The notes beneath the pieces are model-generated. The model saw nothing but the letters and a program-made list of their open reading frames with translations, searched no databases and was not told where the DNA came from. Shown here piece by piece: positions 10,306-19,489 of a stretch of DNA of 64,000 nucleotides. Numbering within the stretch: the stretch's first letter is position 1; each line of letters opens with the position of its first letter. A program made the translations under genes and the position numbers. The stretch is from Thermoanaerobaculia bacterium (lineage in GTDB: Bacteria; Acidobacteriota; Thermoanaerobaculia; UBA5066), in contig CAWFJJ010000008.1 of assembly GCA_963816185.1 (NCBI GenBank), positions 1 to 64,000 of the forward strand, written 5' to 3'.

Positions 10306-11520
10306 ATGCACCCGGGATTTCGCGCGGCGTTCAACGCGGAGTTCACGCTCGCGCTCGCGTCGGGATACGCGCGGGATCTCGCGCGGCGGGCCGGGCTCGA
10401 ACCCGCCTTCCGGCTCGCGGAGACGCCGGTTTTCCTGACGAAGGACCTCTCGGCCGCGCTCCAAGACGGCGCGCACGCGATCGTCGCGCAGCTTTCGAGG
10501 CCGGAAGCGCTCGTCCGGATGAAACAGGCGATTCCCGAGCGTTGGGCGGCGCCCGGAATGGACGCGCTGCCGTCGGTTGCGCAGGTGGACTTCGCGATCG
10601 TGAAGGGGAAGGACGGCCGCCTCGTCCCGCGACTCATCGAGCTGCAGGGCTTCCCGTCGCTGTCCGCGTTCGAGGTGCTGCAATCGGACGCGTGGAACGA
10701 GGCGCTCGCGCACGTGAACGGCCTCCCGAAGGCGACGTGGAGCCCGTACTTCTCGGGCCTTTCGCGGAACGGCTTTCTCGCCCTCCTCTCGCGCACGATC
10801 GTCGGCGACACGGAGCCCGAGGAGGTCGTCCTTCTCGACCTCGATCCCGAACACCAGAAGACGGCGATCGACTTCTCCGCGACGAGAAGCCTCCTCGGCG
10901 TCGAAGCCGTGGACCCGCGAAGCCTGACCAAGAACGGATCGCGGCTCTTCCGCGTGAAGAACGGGCGCCGCGTCCCGGTGAAGCGGATCTACAACCGCGT
11001 CGTCTTCGACGAGCTCATCAAGAAAGGCCTGGAGCTGCCCTTCGACTTTCGGGACGACCTCGAGGTGAGATGGATCCCGCATCCGAACTGGTACTGGACG
11101 TGGTCGAAGTACTCGCTCCCGCTCCTTGCGCACGAGTCGGTGCCGAAGTCCACGTACCTCTCGGAACTGGGCGAGATTCCGGCCGACCTCACGGAACGGT
11201 ACGTCCTGAAGCCCCTCTTTTCCTTCGCAGGGGGCGGCGTGAACGTGGACCCGACGCCGGAGGATCTCCTTCGGATTCCCGAGGGAGAGCGCGGTTCGTG
11301 GTGCCTGCAGGAGAAGATCGCGTACGACCCGTGCCTCCTCGCCGTCGACGGCGGCGGCGTGAAGGTCGAGGTCAGGATGATGTTCTTCCGGCCCGACGCC
11401 GACGAGACGCTTACGCTCGGGCTGAATCTGTGCCGGCTGTCGCGCGGCAAGATGCTGGGCGTGGACTTCAACAAGGACTTCACGTGGGTGGGATCCTCGG
11501 TCGCCCTGCAACCGGCGTGA
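10306..11520 (+). CDS. ATP-grasp / glutathionylspermidine-synthase-like putative amide ligase
   Basis: QVDF, LIELQGFPS, IYNRV, SKYSLP, YVLKPLFSFAGGGV, LQEKI, KVEVR resemble ATP-grasp ligase motifs. Confidence 0.6.
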   Translation: MHPGFRAAFNAEFTLALASGYARDLARRAGLEPAFRLAETPVFLTKDLSAALQDGAHAIVAQLSRPEALVRMKQAIPERWAAPGMDALPSVAQVDFAIVKGKDGRLVPRLIELQGFPSLSAFEVLQSDAWNEALAHVNGLPKATWSPYFSGLSRNGFLALLSRTIVGDTEPEEVVLLDLDPEHQKTAIDFSATRSLLGVEAVDPRSLTKNGSRLFRVKNGRRVPVKRIYNRVVFDELIKKGLELPFDFRDDLEVRWIPHPNWYWTWSKYSLPLLAHESVPKSTYLSELGEIPADLTERYVLKPLFSFAGGGVNVDPTPEDLLRIPEGERGSWCLQEKIAYDPCLLAVDGGGVKVEVRMMFFRPDADETLTLGLNLCRLSRGKMLGVDFNKDFTWVGSSVALQPA

Positions 11521-11575
11521 GCGCCGTGCGCGGACGCATGTCCGCCCGCGCCTAGAATCGGGCGAGGGGGGCGAG

Positions 11576-11980
11576 ATGGACTTTGCGATTCCGGTGGGGA
11601 CGACCTTTGTGCGGCGCGACGTCGTCACGAAGGAGCAGACGGTCGCGCACTTCGTGCCGGGGATGCCGGAGGTCTACGGCACCCTGATGCTCATCCTCCA
11701 CATGGAGACGGCGGCGGCCGACGCGATCCAGCCGTATCTGCCGAAGGGCTGGGTCTCGGTGGGCATCGAAGTGAACGTCACGCACCTCGCGGCGACGCCG
11801 GTTGGCGCGACGGTGACGTCGAAGGCGGTCGTCACCGCGGTCGGCGAGCGCGACGTGACGTTCGCGGTCGAGGCGCACGACGGCGTGGATCTCATCGGCT
11901 CGGGCACGCATCGCCGCGCGCCCGTCGAGGTCGCGCGCTTGATGAAGCGCGTTGCAGCAAAGATAGGGAAGACCACGTAA
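11576..11980 (+). CDS. Hot-dog thioesterase (FlK/fluoroacetyl-CoA thioesterase-like)
   Basis: VYGT..LI..ME.AA, SVGIEVNVTHLAATPVG, G.H.R. Confidence 0.85.
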   Translation: MDFAIPVGTTFVRRDVVTKEQTVAHFVPGMPEVYGTLMLILHMETAAADAIQPYLPKGWVSVGIEVNVTHLAATPVGATVTSKAVVTAVGERDVTFAVEAHDGVDLIGSGTHRRAPVEVARLMKRVAAKIGKTT

Positions 11981-12132
11981 GGCGCGAAGCCGGCGCGCGC
12001 GAGATTGAAACGCACCCGGAGCCCGGCTGACTTCCTCACCCTGGTGCATCCGGGGCTCGACCCGAAACCTTTTGATCCTTGGTCCATCCCGGCCGCCGAA
12101 ACCTGCCGAACGATGCGGCTAACGCGTTGAAG

Positions 12133-12166
12133 AGCGGGGGTTGCGAGCCCCGCTTTCTCTTCCTTT
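12133..12166 (+). terminator. Intrinsic terminator-like hairpin, possibly bidirectional
   Basis: AGCGGGG / CCCCGCT stem followed by TTCTCTTCCTTT, between convergent genes. Confidence 0.6.
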
Positions 12167-12243
12167 CGGGTTCTTTCCGCAGGGCTACACGGACAGAAAG
12201 CGGACAGGATCTTGCCGAATAGACCGGCTTCGGCGGACGGCGC

Positions 12244-13152
12244 TCACGCTGCCCGGTGACACTTCTTTGCCTTTCGGCCCGATCCGCATGGGCACGGGTC
12301 ATTCGGATTGACGTGCTTGACTCGGGTGGGCGGCAGTTGCGGCATGGCCGCTTCAGGAGCAATCGTTATGTCCGGCCCAATTTCATACTGGCCTTTTTCG
12401 TCCACGGCTAAGAATGCGGCTCGCGGGCCGATGCCGGCGATTGATCGACCGCTCACCTTGGCTTGAGCACCAGTTGGCGAAACGACGCTCAAGAGGTCGG
12501 CGTCAACGAGTATCCGAGTACCCTTGTAGGCAAAATCTGCCCGCTCGATCACGATTCCTTCCGGAGGAACAGCACAGAGTTGAAGAACGATCGCACGATG
12601 ACCCTGTCGGACGACGATTCTTGGCCCAACGCATTCGATATCCCACGCTGACGGCTCGCCCAGCCACTCATTGTGGTCTATGCTGAATACGAGTCGACCA
12701 TCGGCATCATAGAAGCGGCCTGAGATTCTGTAAGGCGCCCCGCTTTTCTCCGGGCCCTCAATACGAAGCAGCGTTTGGTCGACGACTCGCAGAACCACCG
12801 GGACGTTGCAGATGCGGTTCGAACCGACCCAGACGGCCACGGTGGAGCCACCGATATCGAAGGCTTCGTGAGGCTGGCCGCGAACTCGGCACCAAGGCTC
12901 TTCCCGAGCGCGCCATATGCTGTCTTTTGACAAGATGCCGCGCGTCACCTTCCCCTCACAACTCCCACAAAGGTACGTCATCGTGCGCGGATCGTGCTGC
13001 TTGGCGTCGCAGAACTCTGGTTCGATGTGTTCGTAAAGCCCAATCCCAATCCCGCAGCACACACAACCAAAGCCGGCCTGCTGTCGGATTTCGCGCTTTA
13101 TGCCTTCAGGTATCTCACGGCTTAAGCCGTGCTTGTTCCGGTCTGCCCCCAT
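12244..13152 (-). CDS. HNH-like endonuclease domain protein with C-terminal SEC-C motif
   Basis: RQQAGFGCVCC..YEHI.P..H.P..LCGSC zinc/HNH-type pattern; C-terminal NDPCPCGSGRKAKKCH. Confidence 0.75.
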   Translation of the reverse strand: MGADRNKHGLSREIPEGIKREIRQQAGFGCVCCGIGIGLYEHIEPEFCDAKQHDPRTMTYLCGSCEGKVTRGILSKDSIWRAREEPWCRVRGQPHEAFDIGGSTVAVWVGSNRICNVPVVLRVVDQTLLRIEGPEKSGAPYRISGRFYDADGRLVFSIDHNEWLGEPSAWDIECVGPRIVVRQGHRAIVLQLCAVPPEGIVIERADFAYKGTRILVDADLLSVVSPTGAQAKVSGRSIAGIGPRAAFLAVDEKGQYEIGPDITIAPEAAMPQLPPTRVKHVNPNDPCPCGSGRKAKKCHRAA

Positions 13153-13316
13153 TGCCTGCGATTATCCGGTCTCTTTTTAGGTATGTGCGGCTTTCCGGTT
13201 GATCGTCAATCCAACGGGCCTCAGGAAAAGGCGGAGCTCGTATGGGTTGTGAGTTCCTGTCCATCTTCTGTCCGCCCGCTTTCGTCCGTGATCAAAGACG
13301 AATGGCGCGAAACCGG

Positions 13317-14414
13317 CTAGACGACCACGAGCCCCGCCCCCCAGTGCAGCCCCGCGCCGAGCGCGGTGAAGGCGACGAGGGAACCGCGCTTCGCCTTGCC
13401 CGCGAGCTTCGCCTCGTGGAAGGCGATCGGGAGCGTTCCGGCCGTCGTGTTCCCGTACTTTTCGATGTTGTTGAACACCTTGTCGTCCGGCAGGCCGAGG
13501 ACTTTTTGCGCCGCTTCGTTGATGCGCAGGTTCGCCTGGTGCATCAGGAGGAGGTCGAGGTCGTCGAGCGTCTTCCCGTTGCCGGCGAGGACTTCCTCGA
13601 CGGCCGCGGGCATGAGGTGCGCCGCGAGGCGGAACACCTGGCGCCCTTCCACGATCGGGATCGTGCCGAGGTTCTCGAACATCTCGGGCGTGAAGAAGGG
13701 ACGCGACTTGCATCCGCCGCCGGGCACGTAGAGCTTGTCCCAGTGCTCGCCGTCGGTGTACATGGCGAACCCGAGGAATCCTCGCCCGTCGCCTGCGGTG
13801 TTCGCCTCGAGAACCATCGCGCCCGCGCCGTCGCCGAAGAGCACGGCGCGGTCACGCATCCCGGTCGCCCGCTCGAACCAGAACGGGTCGCACGGCCCGG
13901 GAGATTTTCCGAGCATCACGTCCCAGACGTGCTCGGGCCACGGCATGAGGCCGCTGTGTACCTCGGCGCCCACGAGAAGAACGCGGTCGTACATGCCCGA
14001 GCGAATGAACGCGTCGGCGGTCTGCAGGCCCGAAAGAAAGCCGCTGCACTGCATCCGGATGTCGAGCGCGTGAGTCGTTTTCATGCCGAGCCGCCGCGCG
14101 AGGAGCCCTCCGTTGCCGGGAAAGTAGTGGTCGGGGGTCATGGTCGCGAAGATCACGAAGTCGATGTCGGAGGCTTCGAGACCGGCGTCCTGGAGGGCGG
14201 CTTGTGAAGCCTTCGCGCCGAGCTCGGCCGAGCCGATGCCTGGCTCGACGAAGCGCCGCTCCCTGATGCCCGTGCGCGGCACGACCCAGTCGTCGTTCGT
14301 TTCCATGATCCGGCCCAGCATTTCGTTCGTAACGACCTGAGGCGGCACATAAAAGCCGGATCCTCGAATGACGGTCGTGCGCTCTTTTTTCGCCGGGGGT
14401 GTCAGATTTTTCAC
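13317..14414 (-). CDS. fabH: 3-oxoacyl-ACP synthase III family (FabH-like)
   Basis: RTGIRERR, MQCSGF, LFGDGAGA, HQANLRI, YGNT, GAGLHWG. Confidence 0.88.
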   Translation of the reverse strand: MKNLTPPAKKERTTVIRGSGFYVPPQVVTNEMLGRIMETNDDWVVPRTGIRERRFVEPGIGSAELGAKASQAALQDAGLEASDIDFVIFATMTPDHYFPGNGGLLARRLGMKTTHALDIRMQCSGFLSGLQTADAFIRSGMYDRVLLVGAEVHSGLMPWPEHVWDVMLGKSPGPCDPFWFERATGMRDRAVLFGDGAGAMVLEANTAGDGRGFLGFAMYTDGEHWDKLYVPGGGCKSRPFFTPEMFENLGTIPIVEGRQVFRLAAHLMPAAVEEVLAGNGKTLDDLDLLLMHQANLRINEAAQKVLGLPDDKVFNNIEKYGNTTAGTLPIAFHEAKLAGKAKRGSLVAFTALGAGLHWGAGLVVV

Positions 14415-14452
14415 CGACGGAGTCTAGCGGAAATGACGCGAAGGAACGCGGC

Positions 14453-15463
14453 TCAGGCGCGCGGTCGCGGCGGGATTGGACAGTCGAGATGCCCTTCGCA
14501 GAGCGCGCGCATCGCATCGTTCGCGGAGTTGAAGGCCGAGATGATCGAGCCGCCGGTCTTTCCCGCGGTGAGATCGCCGACGAGAAAGAGGCCCGGAATC
14601 GACGTTTCGTAGCCTTCGCGCAGAACGGGTGTCCGGCCGTCGAAGTCGATCCCGATCGTCTTGAGGAAGTTCTCGGGTGTGGTGCCGCCGAGCGCGAGGA
14701 CGACGTGGTCGAAGGTCTCGGACTTCGGGTAGTCCTCGGTGAAGTGGACGCGGGGCCGGCCTCCGTCGCTCTCGACGCGGGCGACGTTCGTGCCGGCGAG
14801 GACGAGGACGCGGCCCTGCTCCTCGAGGGCCACGAGCGAGGTCCGATTGATGTCGTTCATGCGATGGAACGAGGTGCCTCGGTACGACAGGACGACGCGG
14901 CACTCCTCCTGGACGAGGTACTGGGCGTATTCGGAGGCGGAGTCGCCTCCTCCCACGACGAGGACGTCCATGTTCCGGAGCGTCACGGACGTGATGTCGT
15001 ACGTGATCCGGGCCCTGAGGGAAGACGGGATCTGCCAGTCGGGTTTCTGCGGCCGGCCGAGGATGCCGATCGCGACCGCGCACGTCTTCGAGCGATACGT
15101 CGCGGCCGCGGTCTCCACGAGGAAGAAGCCGGCGCGGGGGCGGATCGCGCCGACGGCTTCGCCGTAGCGCACGATGAGACCGTTGTCCTGAATCGCGCGG
15201 TCGAGGTAGGTGAGCGTCTGGCCTTTGCTCGCGTCCGTGAGGCAGAGGACGCCGGTACAGACCGCCGGAAGGCCCTTGTAGTTCGCCGTGACGAGCTTCG
15301 ACTCGGGATAGAACTTCCGGATCGAGAACGAGTGGGCTTCGCCCCTTTCGAGGATGAGGACGCGGGCTGGCGGGATCCCGGCCGCGACGGCCTCGGCGCC
15401 GAGCGCGATGCCGGCCGGGCCGGCGCCCACGATGACGAGATCGAGGAGATCGGCTTCGCTCAT
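14453..15463 (-). CDS. FAD/NAD(P)-dependent oxidoreductase (thioredoxin-reductase/YpdA-like)
   Basis: GAGPAG, VVGGGDSA, ETSIPGLFLVGD; ATG 15463 overlaps the smr stop. Confidence 0.8.
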   Translation of the reverse strand: MSEADLLDLVIVGAGPAGIALGAEAVAAGIPPARVLILERGEAHSFSIRKFYPESKLVTANYKGLPAVCTGVLCLTDASKGQTLTYLDRAIQDNGLIVRYGEAVGAIRPRAGFFLVETAAATYRSKTCAVAIGILGRPQKPDWQIPSSLRARITYDITSVTLRNMDVLVVGGGDSASEYAQYLVQEECRVVLSYRGTSFHRMNDINRTSLVALEEQGRVLVLAGTNVARVESDGGRPRVHFTEDYPKSETFDHVVLALGGTTPENFLKTIGIDFDGRTPVLREGYETSIPGLFLVGDLTAGKTGGSIISAFNSANDAMRALCEGHLDCPIPPRPRA

Positions 15464-15753
15464 GAGCCGGACGGCGCCAGCCGGACTACGGTAGCGCCCC
15501 ATCCGCCCCGCTCGGGCGTTGCGTCCTCGAACGACGTGACGTGAGACGACCGCTCGAGCGTCCTTCTCACGATTGCGCGCTGGACGCCGATCCCGCGCCC
15601 GTGGATCAGGCGGACTTCGCGATAGCCCTTCGCGGCCGCCGCCGCGACGTATTCCGCGACGACCGAAGCCGTCTCGCCCGGGCGAAAGGGGTGGAGGTCG
15701 AGCACATCCTCGATGGGGATCGCGACGAGACCGTCCTCACCGTCCGCCTGCAC
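15460..15753 (-). CDS. Stand-alone Smr/MutS2 C-terminal domain protein
   Basis: LDLH, LIHGRGIG, GGWGATVV. Confidence 0.88.
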   Translation of the reverse strand: MQADGEDGLVAIPIEDVLDLHPFRPGETASVVAEYVAAAAAKGYREVRLIHGRGIGVQRAIVRRTLERSSHVTSFEDATPERGGWGATVVRLAPSGS

Positions 15754-15806
15754 GGCGAGAGTGTAAGGAATTAGAATGCCTTCGTCTTCAGAGAGGAGAA
15801 CTCAAG

Positions 15807-16727
15807 ATGCTCCGTGTCCGCAGTCTTCTTTTCGTGTTCCTCGCCGCGCTTCTTGCGGGCGCGCCCGCCGCGCAGGCTGCGGGAAGCGCGAAACCCCGCG
15901 TGGCCGTTCTGGAGTTCGTGGACAAGTCGACTCATTACTACAGCTGGTACCACGTCGGGCGCGCCGCCCAGGACATGATGGTCACGGCGCTTGTCAAGGG
16001 CGACGCGTTCCGCGTCATCGACCGCGAGAGGCTCCAGGCGCTCATGCAGGAGAAGAACCTTTCGCTCTCGGGCGACGTCGACCCCAGGACCGCCGTGAAG
16101 GTCGGCAAGATGCTGGGCGTCGAGTACCTCATCGTGGGCGCCGTCACCGAGTTCGGCGTGACGAACTCGGGAGCGAACGTTCCCGGGTATGGCGGGCTTC
16201 CGTCGTTCAGCATGCGCACGCAGCGCATGGACGCGGCGATCGACGCGCGCGCGATCAACACCTCCACGGGCGAGATCGTGTGGGCCGACACGGCGAAGGA
16301 CTCGTCCTCGGACAAGAGCGTCTACGTCGCGGGCGCGGGCGGCGGGTCGCACGACGGCGAGAAGCTGGACAAGATCCTGCGCCCCGTCGTCCAGAAGCTC
16401 GCCGCCTCCGTCTCGGCCAAGAAGCTCGACACGGGCGGAATGGGCGGAACGTCGGACGCGTCGGGCGTCGTCGGCAAGATCGCGAAGGCGGACGGAGGCA
16501 CGATTTACGTGAACGCCGGATCGGAAGCGGGCGTCAAGGAAGGCGACGAGTTCAACGTCTACCGCGTCGGCGAGCAGATCAAGGACCCGGACACGGGCGA
16601 AGTCCTCGGCGCGAACGAGACGAAGGTGGGGCGCGTGAGGATCAGAAGTGTCAAGGGCCCGCGCCTCTCGATCGCGGTCTCCGTTTCCGGCGCGGGTTTC
16701 CGGGCGGGCGACACACTCCGGAACTGA
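15807..16727 (+). CDS. Exported CsgG/HfaB-like protein with FlgT-C-like tail
   Basis: Signal peptide; RVAVLEF, FRVIDRERL, GKMLGVEYLIVGAVTEF, TGEIV; C-terminal YVNAGS..GV..GD, IKDPDTGEVLG. Confidence 0.75.
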   Translation: MLRVRSLLFVFLAALLAGAPAAQAAGSAKPRVAVLEFVDKSTHYYSWYHVGRAAQDMMVTALVKGDAFRVIDRERLQALMQEKNLSLSGDVDPRTAVKVGKMLGVEYLIVGAVTEFGVTNSGANVPGYGGLPSFSMRTQRMDAAIDARAINTSTGEIVWADTAKDSSSDKSVYVAGAGGGSHDGEKLDKILRPVVQKLAASVSAKKLDTGGMGGTSDASGVVGKIAKADGGTIYVNAGSEAGVKEGDEFNVYRVGEQIKDPDTGEVLGANETKVGRVRIRSVKGPRLSIAVSVSGAGFRAGDTLRN

Positions 16728-16735
16728 GCCGCCGC

Positions 16736-17557
16736 CTACTTCAGAGCGTCTTTCAGAAACGCGATCGTCCGGGGCCACGCGGCGCGCGCCGCCTTCAGGT
16801 TCGCGCCCTCTCTGCCGGCCTGCTGGCGGAGAAACCCGTGGCCCGCGCCGTCGTAGACGTGCGGCTCGTACGTCTTGCCCGCCTTTTTCATCGCGGCTTT
16901 CGTCGGGGCAACCGTGGCCGTGACGCGCGCGTCGTCGGCGCCGTAATTCCCGAGGACGGGCGCCTTGATCGCGACGAGCGCCTCGTCCGCGGGCGCAGTG
17001 CCGTAATAAACGACGGCCGCGTTCAGGGCCGGCTGCGCTGCCGCGTAGGCGAAGCTCGCAGTGCCGCCCCAGCAGAAGCCGACCGTCGCGCTCTTCGCGT
17101 TCGCCGAGGGCAGCTTGATCGCCCACTCGCGTACCGCGCTGAGGCGCGCGTTCGTCTCCGAAGGCGTGAGCGTCCGGATCAGTTTGACGACGTCGTCCCG
17201 GCTCGCCGCCGATTCCGTCCCGCCGCCGCCCGGACCCTTGCCCGAGAGGAGGTCGGGGGCGACGGCGATGAAGCCTTCCTTCGCGAGCTGGTCAGCGACG
17301 GCGCGAATCCAGTCGGAGAGGCCGAAGATCTCGTGGATGACGAGAACGACGCCGGCCTTCTCCTTCCGCTCCGGGTAGACGACCCACGTCTTGATCGGCG
17401 CTCCGCCGGAAGGCATCTTGACGTCGACCCACTCACCGTGGCGCGGTGACTTCTCGAGAACGGCCTTCGCCTGCTCCTCGGCGGGAGGGATGTCCTGGGC
17501 CGCGGCGAGGGAGGCGAGGACGAGAAACGGGACGGCGAGAAATCCGGCACGGCGCAT
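16736..17557 (-). CDS. Dienelactone hydrolase family protein (exported)
   Basis: HEIFGL, GFCWGG nucleophile elbow, GAGHGF; SD GGAGG. Confidence 0.9.
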   Translation of the reverse strand: MRRAGFLAVPFLVLASLAAAQDIPPAEEQAKAVLEKSPRHGEWVDVKMPSGGAPIKTWVVYPERKEKAGVVLVIHEIFGLSDWIRAVADQLAKEGFIAVAPDLLSGKGPGGGGTESAASRDDVVKLIRTLTPSETNARLSAVREWAIKLPSANAKSATVGFCWGGTASFAYAAAQPALNAAVVYYGTAPADEALVAIKAPVLGNYGADDARVTATVAPTKAAMKKAGKTYEPHVYDGAGHGFLRQQAGREGANLKAARAAWPRTIAFLKDALK

Positions 17558-17567
17558 CGTGTACCTC

Positions 17568-19466
17568 CTAGCGACCTTCGGCGAGCGCGCGGGCCTCCCG
17601 GACACGCGCGGAGCGAGGCGCTCTCTCTTCCGCCTTCGCAAGCTCTTCCTCGAGATCTCCGCGGACGTCGGCGAACGCGAGACCCATGACCCAGCTCGCG
17701 TCCGGACCCGGGTTCGGCCCGAGAGAGCGCACCTCGTCCTCGACGAAGCGCATCACGCGCGTATCGGCCGCGGGCCCCGCGTCCTGGAGGGCGCGGTCAA
17801 GAAGCTGCCAGGCCTCGGCCGTGCGGCCGTCGGCGTGAGCGACGCCGGCGCGCGTGAACGCGTCGAGAAAGCGCGCCTCGCCCGTGGGGCGTCGGGAAAG
17901 CACCTCGCGCGCCGTCCCCATCGCGGAGACGAAGTCCTCCCTCCTCAGGCGGCCTCGTCCCTTCGTGTCCAGAGCCTCCCAGGCCGCCGAAAGCTGCGTG
18001 TCGCCCGAGAACGCGGCGCCGGAGAGGAGAGGGGGAAAAGAGGTTTGCTTCGGAAGGGAACGTAGGGCGGCACCAGAGCGTTTCGTGCCGCCGGTTGCGC
18101 GGGACTCTCCGGTGGATTTTTCTTCGAAGGGTGATTGCCCCGATGCAGCCGCGCGCGGTTCGCTGTCGCGCGGAACGGCGGCGCCGGCCGCGTCGCCGCT
18201 GAGCTCATTCACCTTCGAAGAAATGCCGGACGATGAGGCGGCGATGGCGCTCGTCGAAGCGGACGCCACCCCGATGGCCGGTGTCTCTTTCTCATTCGAA
18301 GGGTTTGCGGGCGATGCGGTCGGCGGAGCGCTGGTCGTGAGCGCCGCCGCCGCCGTTGGCGCGGGCCAGACTTTCAAAACCTCAAGCGAAGCCGGCGCGC
18401 CCTTCGGCGGCGCCGGTCGAAGGAGCAGATAAATGCCTCCTCCCGCGCTGAGGAGAAGGAGCGCGGCGAGGATGAGCTTGGCGCTGCGCGTCGGATCCGG
18501 CTGCGTCTCCTGCGGCTTTTTCGTCCCCGAGGCCGGCGCCGCGAGAGCCTGGGCGCCGATCGCCGGGGCCGAGATGACCGTCCGCGCTTGCGACTCTACG
18601 TCCACGTCCTGTGGCACGGTCGTCGTGCTCGCGGTCACGCCGAGCGCCGCTCCGAGCGCGCCGACGAAAGCGCCGCAGGAGTCGAACCGGTCAGCCGGTT
18701 CCTTCGAGAGGCCGCGGGCGAGTACCGCATCCACGGCGGGGGCGGTGCCCGGCAAGACCGACGAGAGCGGCGGAGGAGGCGTCGCGACGTGCTGGTGAAG
18801 GACCGCGAGAGGCGACTGCGCAGAGAACGGGACGCGTCCCGCGAGGAGCTCGAACGCGATGACGGCGAGCGCGTACTGGTCGGCGCGGCCGCTCAGAATC
18901 GCGCCGGTCGCCTGCTCGGGCGCCATGTAGAGCGGCGTTCCCAGCACCGTGCCCGTTGCCGTGAGTCCCGACGAGACATCGGCGCTGCGCGCAAGGCCGA
19001 AGTCGGCGAGGAGCGGCCGGCCCTGCGAGTCCAGAAGGACGTTCCCCGGTTTGACGTCGCGGTGGAGGATGCCCTTGGCGTGCGCGTGGTCGAGAGCCGA
19101 GGCGATTGCCGAAAGCCACGTGATCGCCAAAGCGGGCGGAACCGGCCCCGCGACACGACCCTTGAGCGAGCCGCCGGCGACGAGCGGCATGACGAGGTAC
19201 GACACCTCGTCGCCGTCGATCTTTTCGGTGCCGTAGTCGAAGACCGGGAGGACGTTCGGGTGCTCGAGGCCGGCGACGAGACGCGCTTCCCTCAGGAAAC
19301 GCTCGCGAAACGTCGAATCGGCGGCGACGGGACCGAGGATGACCTTCACGGCGACCGTCCGCTTGAGAGTTTCGTCCTCGGCCTTCCACACCTCCGACAT
19401 TCCGCCCACGCCGGCCTTCTCGAGGAGGCGGTAGCGGCCGAGGATGGTGCCGGTCGTGATCGGCAT
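17568..19466 (-). CDS. Membrane-anchored Ser/Thr protein kinase (Hanks type)
   Basis: GVGGMSEV, VAVK, HRDVKPGN, DFG, GTPLYMAPE; TM LILAALLLLSAGGGIYLLL; low-complexity linker. Confidence 0.92.
   Translation of the reverse strand: MPITTGTILGRYRLLEKAGVGGMSEVWKAEDETLKRTVAVKVILGPVAADSTFRERFLREARLVAGLEHPNVLPVFDYGTEKIDGDEVSYLVMPLVAGGSLKGRVAGPVPPALAITWLSAIASALDHAHAKGILHRDVKPGNVLLDSQGRPLLADFGLARSADVSSGLTATGTVLGTPLYMAPEQATGAILSGRADQYALAVIAFELLAGRVPFSAQSPLAVLHQHVATPPPPLSSVLPGTAPAVDAVLARGLSKEPADRFDSCGAFVGALGAALGVTASTTTVPQDVDVESQARTVISAPAIGAQALAAPASGTKKPQETQPDPTRSAKLILAALLLLSAGGGIYLLLRPAPPKGAPASLEVLKVWPAPTAAAALTTSAPPTASPANPSNEKETPAIGVASASTSAIAASSSGISSKVNELSGDAAGAAVPRDSEPRAAASGQSPFEEKSTGESRATGGTKRSGAALRSLPKQTSFPPLLSGAAFSGDTQLSAAWEALDTKGRGRLRREDFVSAMGTAREVLSRRPTGEARFLDAFTRAGVAHADGRTAEAWQLLDRALQDAGPAADTRVMRFVEDEVRSLGPNPGPDASWVMGLAFADVRGDLEEELAKAEERAPRSARVREARALAEGR
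18117..18223. repeat. Palindromic element copy 1 (in kinase linker)
   Basis: TTTTTCTTCGAAGGGTGATT (18117-18136) ... CTCATTCACCTTCGAAGAAA (18204-18223). Confidence 0.8.
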
Positions 19467-19489
19467 GGCTGGTCGCGGGAGTTCGATCT

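Larger units (their letters stand above)
11981..13317. mobile_element. Small lower-GC islet bounded by 14-bp imperfect direct repeats, no recombinase
   Basis: GGCGCGAAGCCGGC (11981-11994) and GGCGCGAAACCGGC (13304-13317) abut the flanking stop codons; internal inverted repeats 12190-12209 / 13255-13274; visibly more AT-rich. Confidence 0.55.

Noticed and set aside
12042-12063. tRNA-3'-like or tmRNA-like string (minus strand GGGTCGAGCCCCGGATGCACCA)
   Set aside because: No TTC T-loop, cloverleaf or tag peptide could be built
12104-12160. Integron attC site (GCTAAC motif next to a low-GC gene)
   Set aside because: No matching GTTRRRY at suitable spacing, no cassette array and no integrase
12244-13152. 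IscB/Cas9-like RNA-guided nuclease
   Set aside because: No PLMP or RuvC motifs and no repeat-spacer array
13199-13209. FNR-like box TTGA-TCG-TCAA
   Set aside because: Spacing does not match TTGAT-N4-ATCAA
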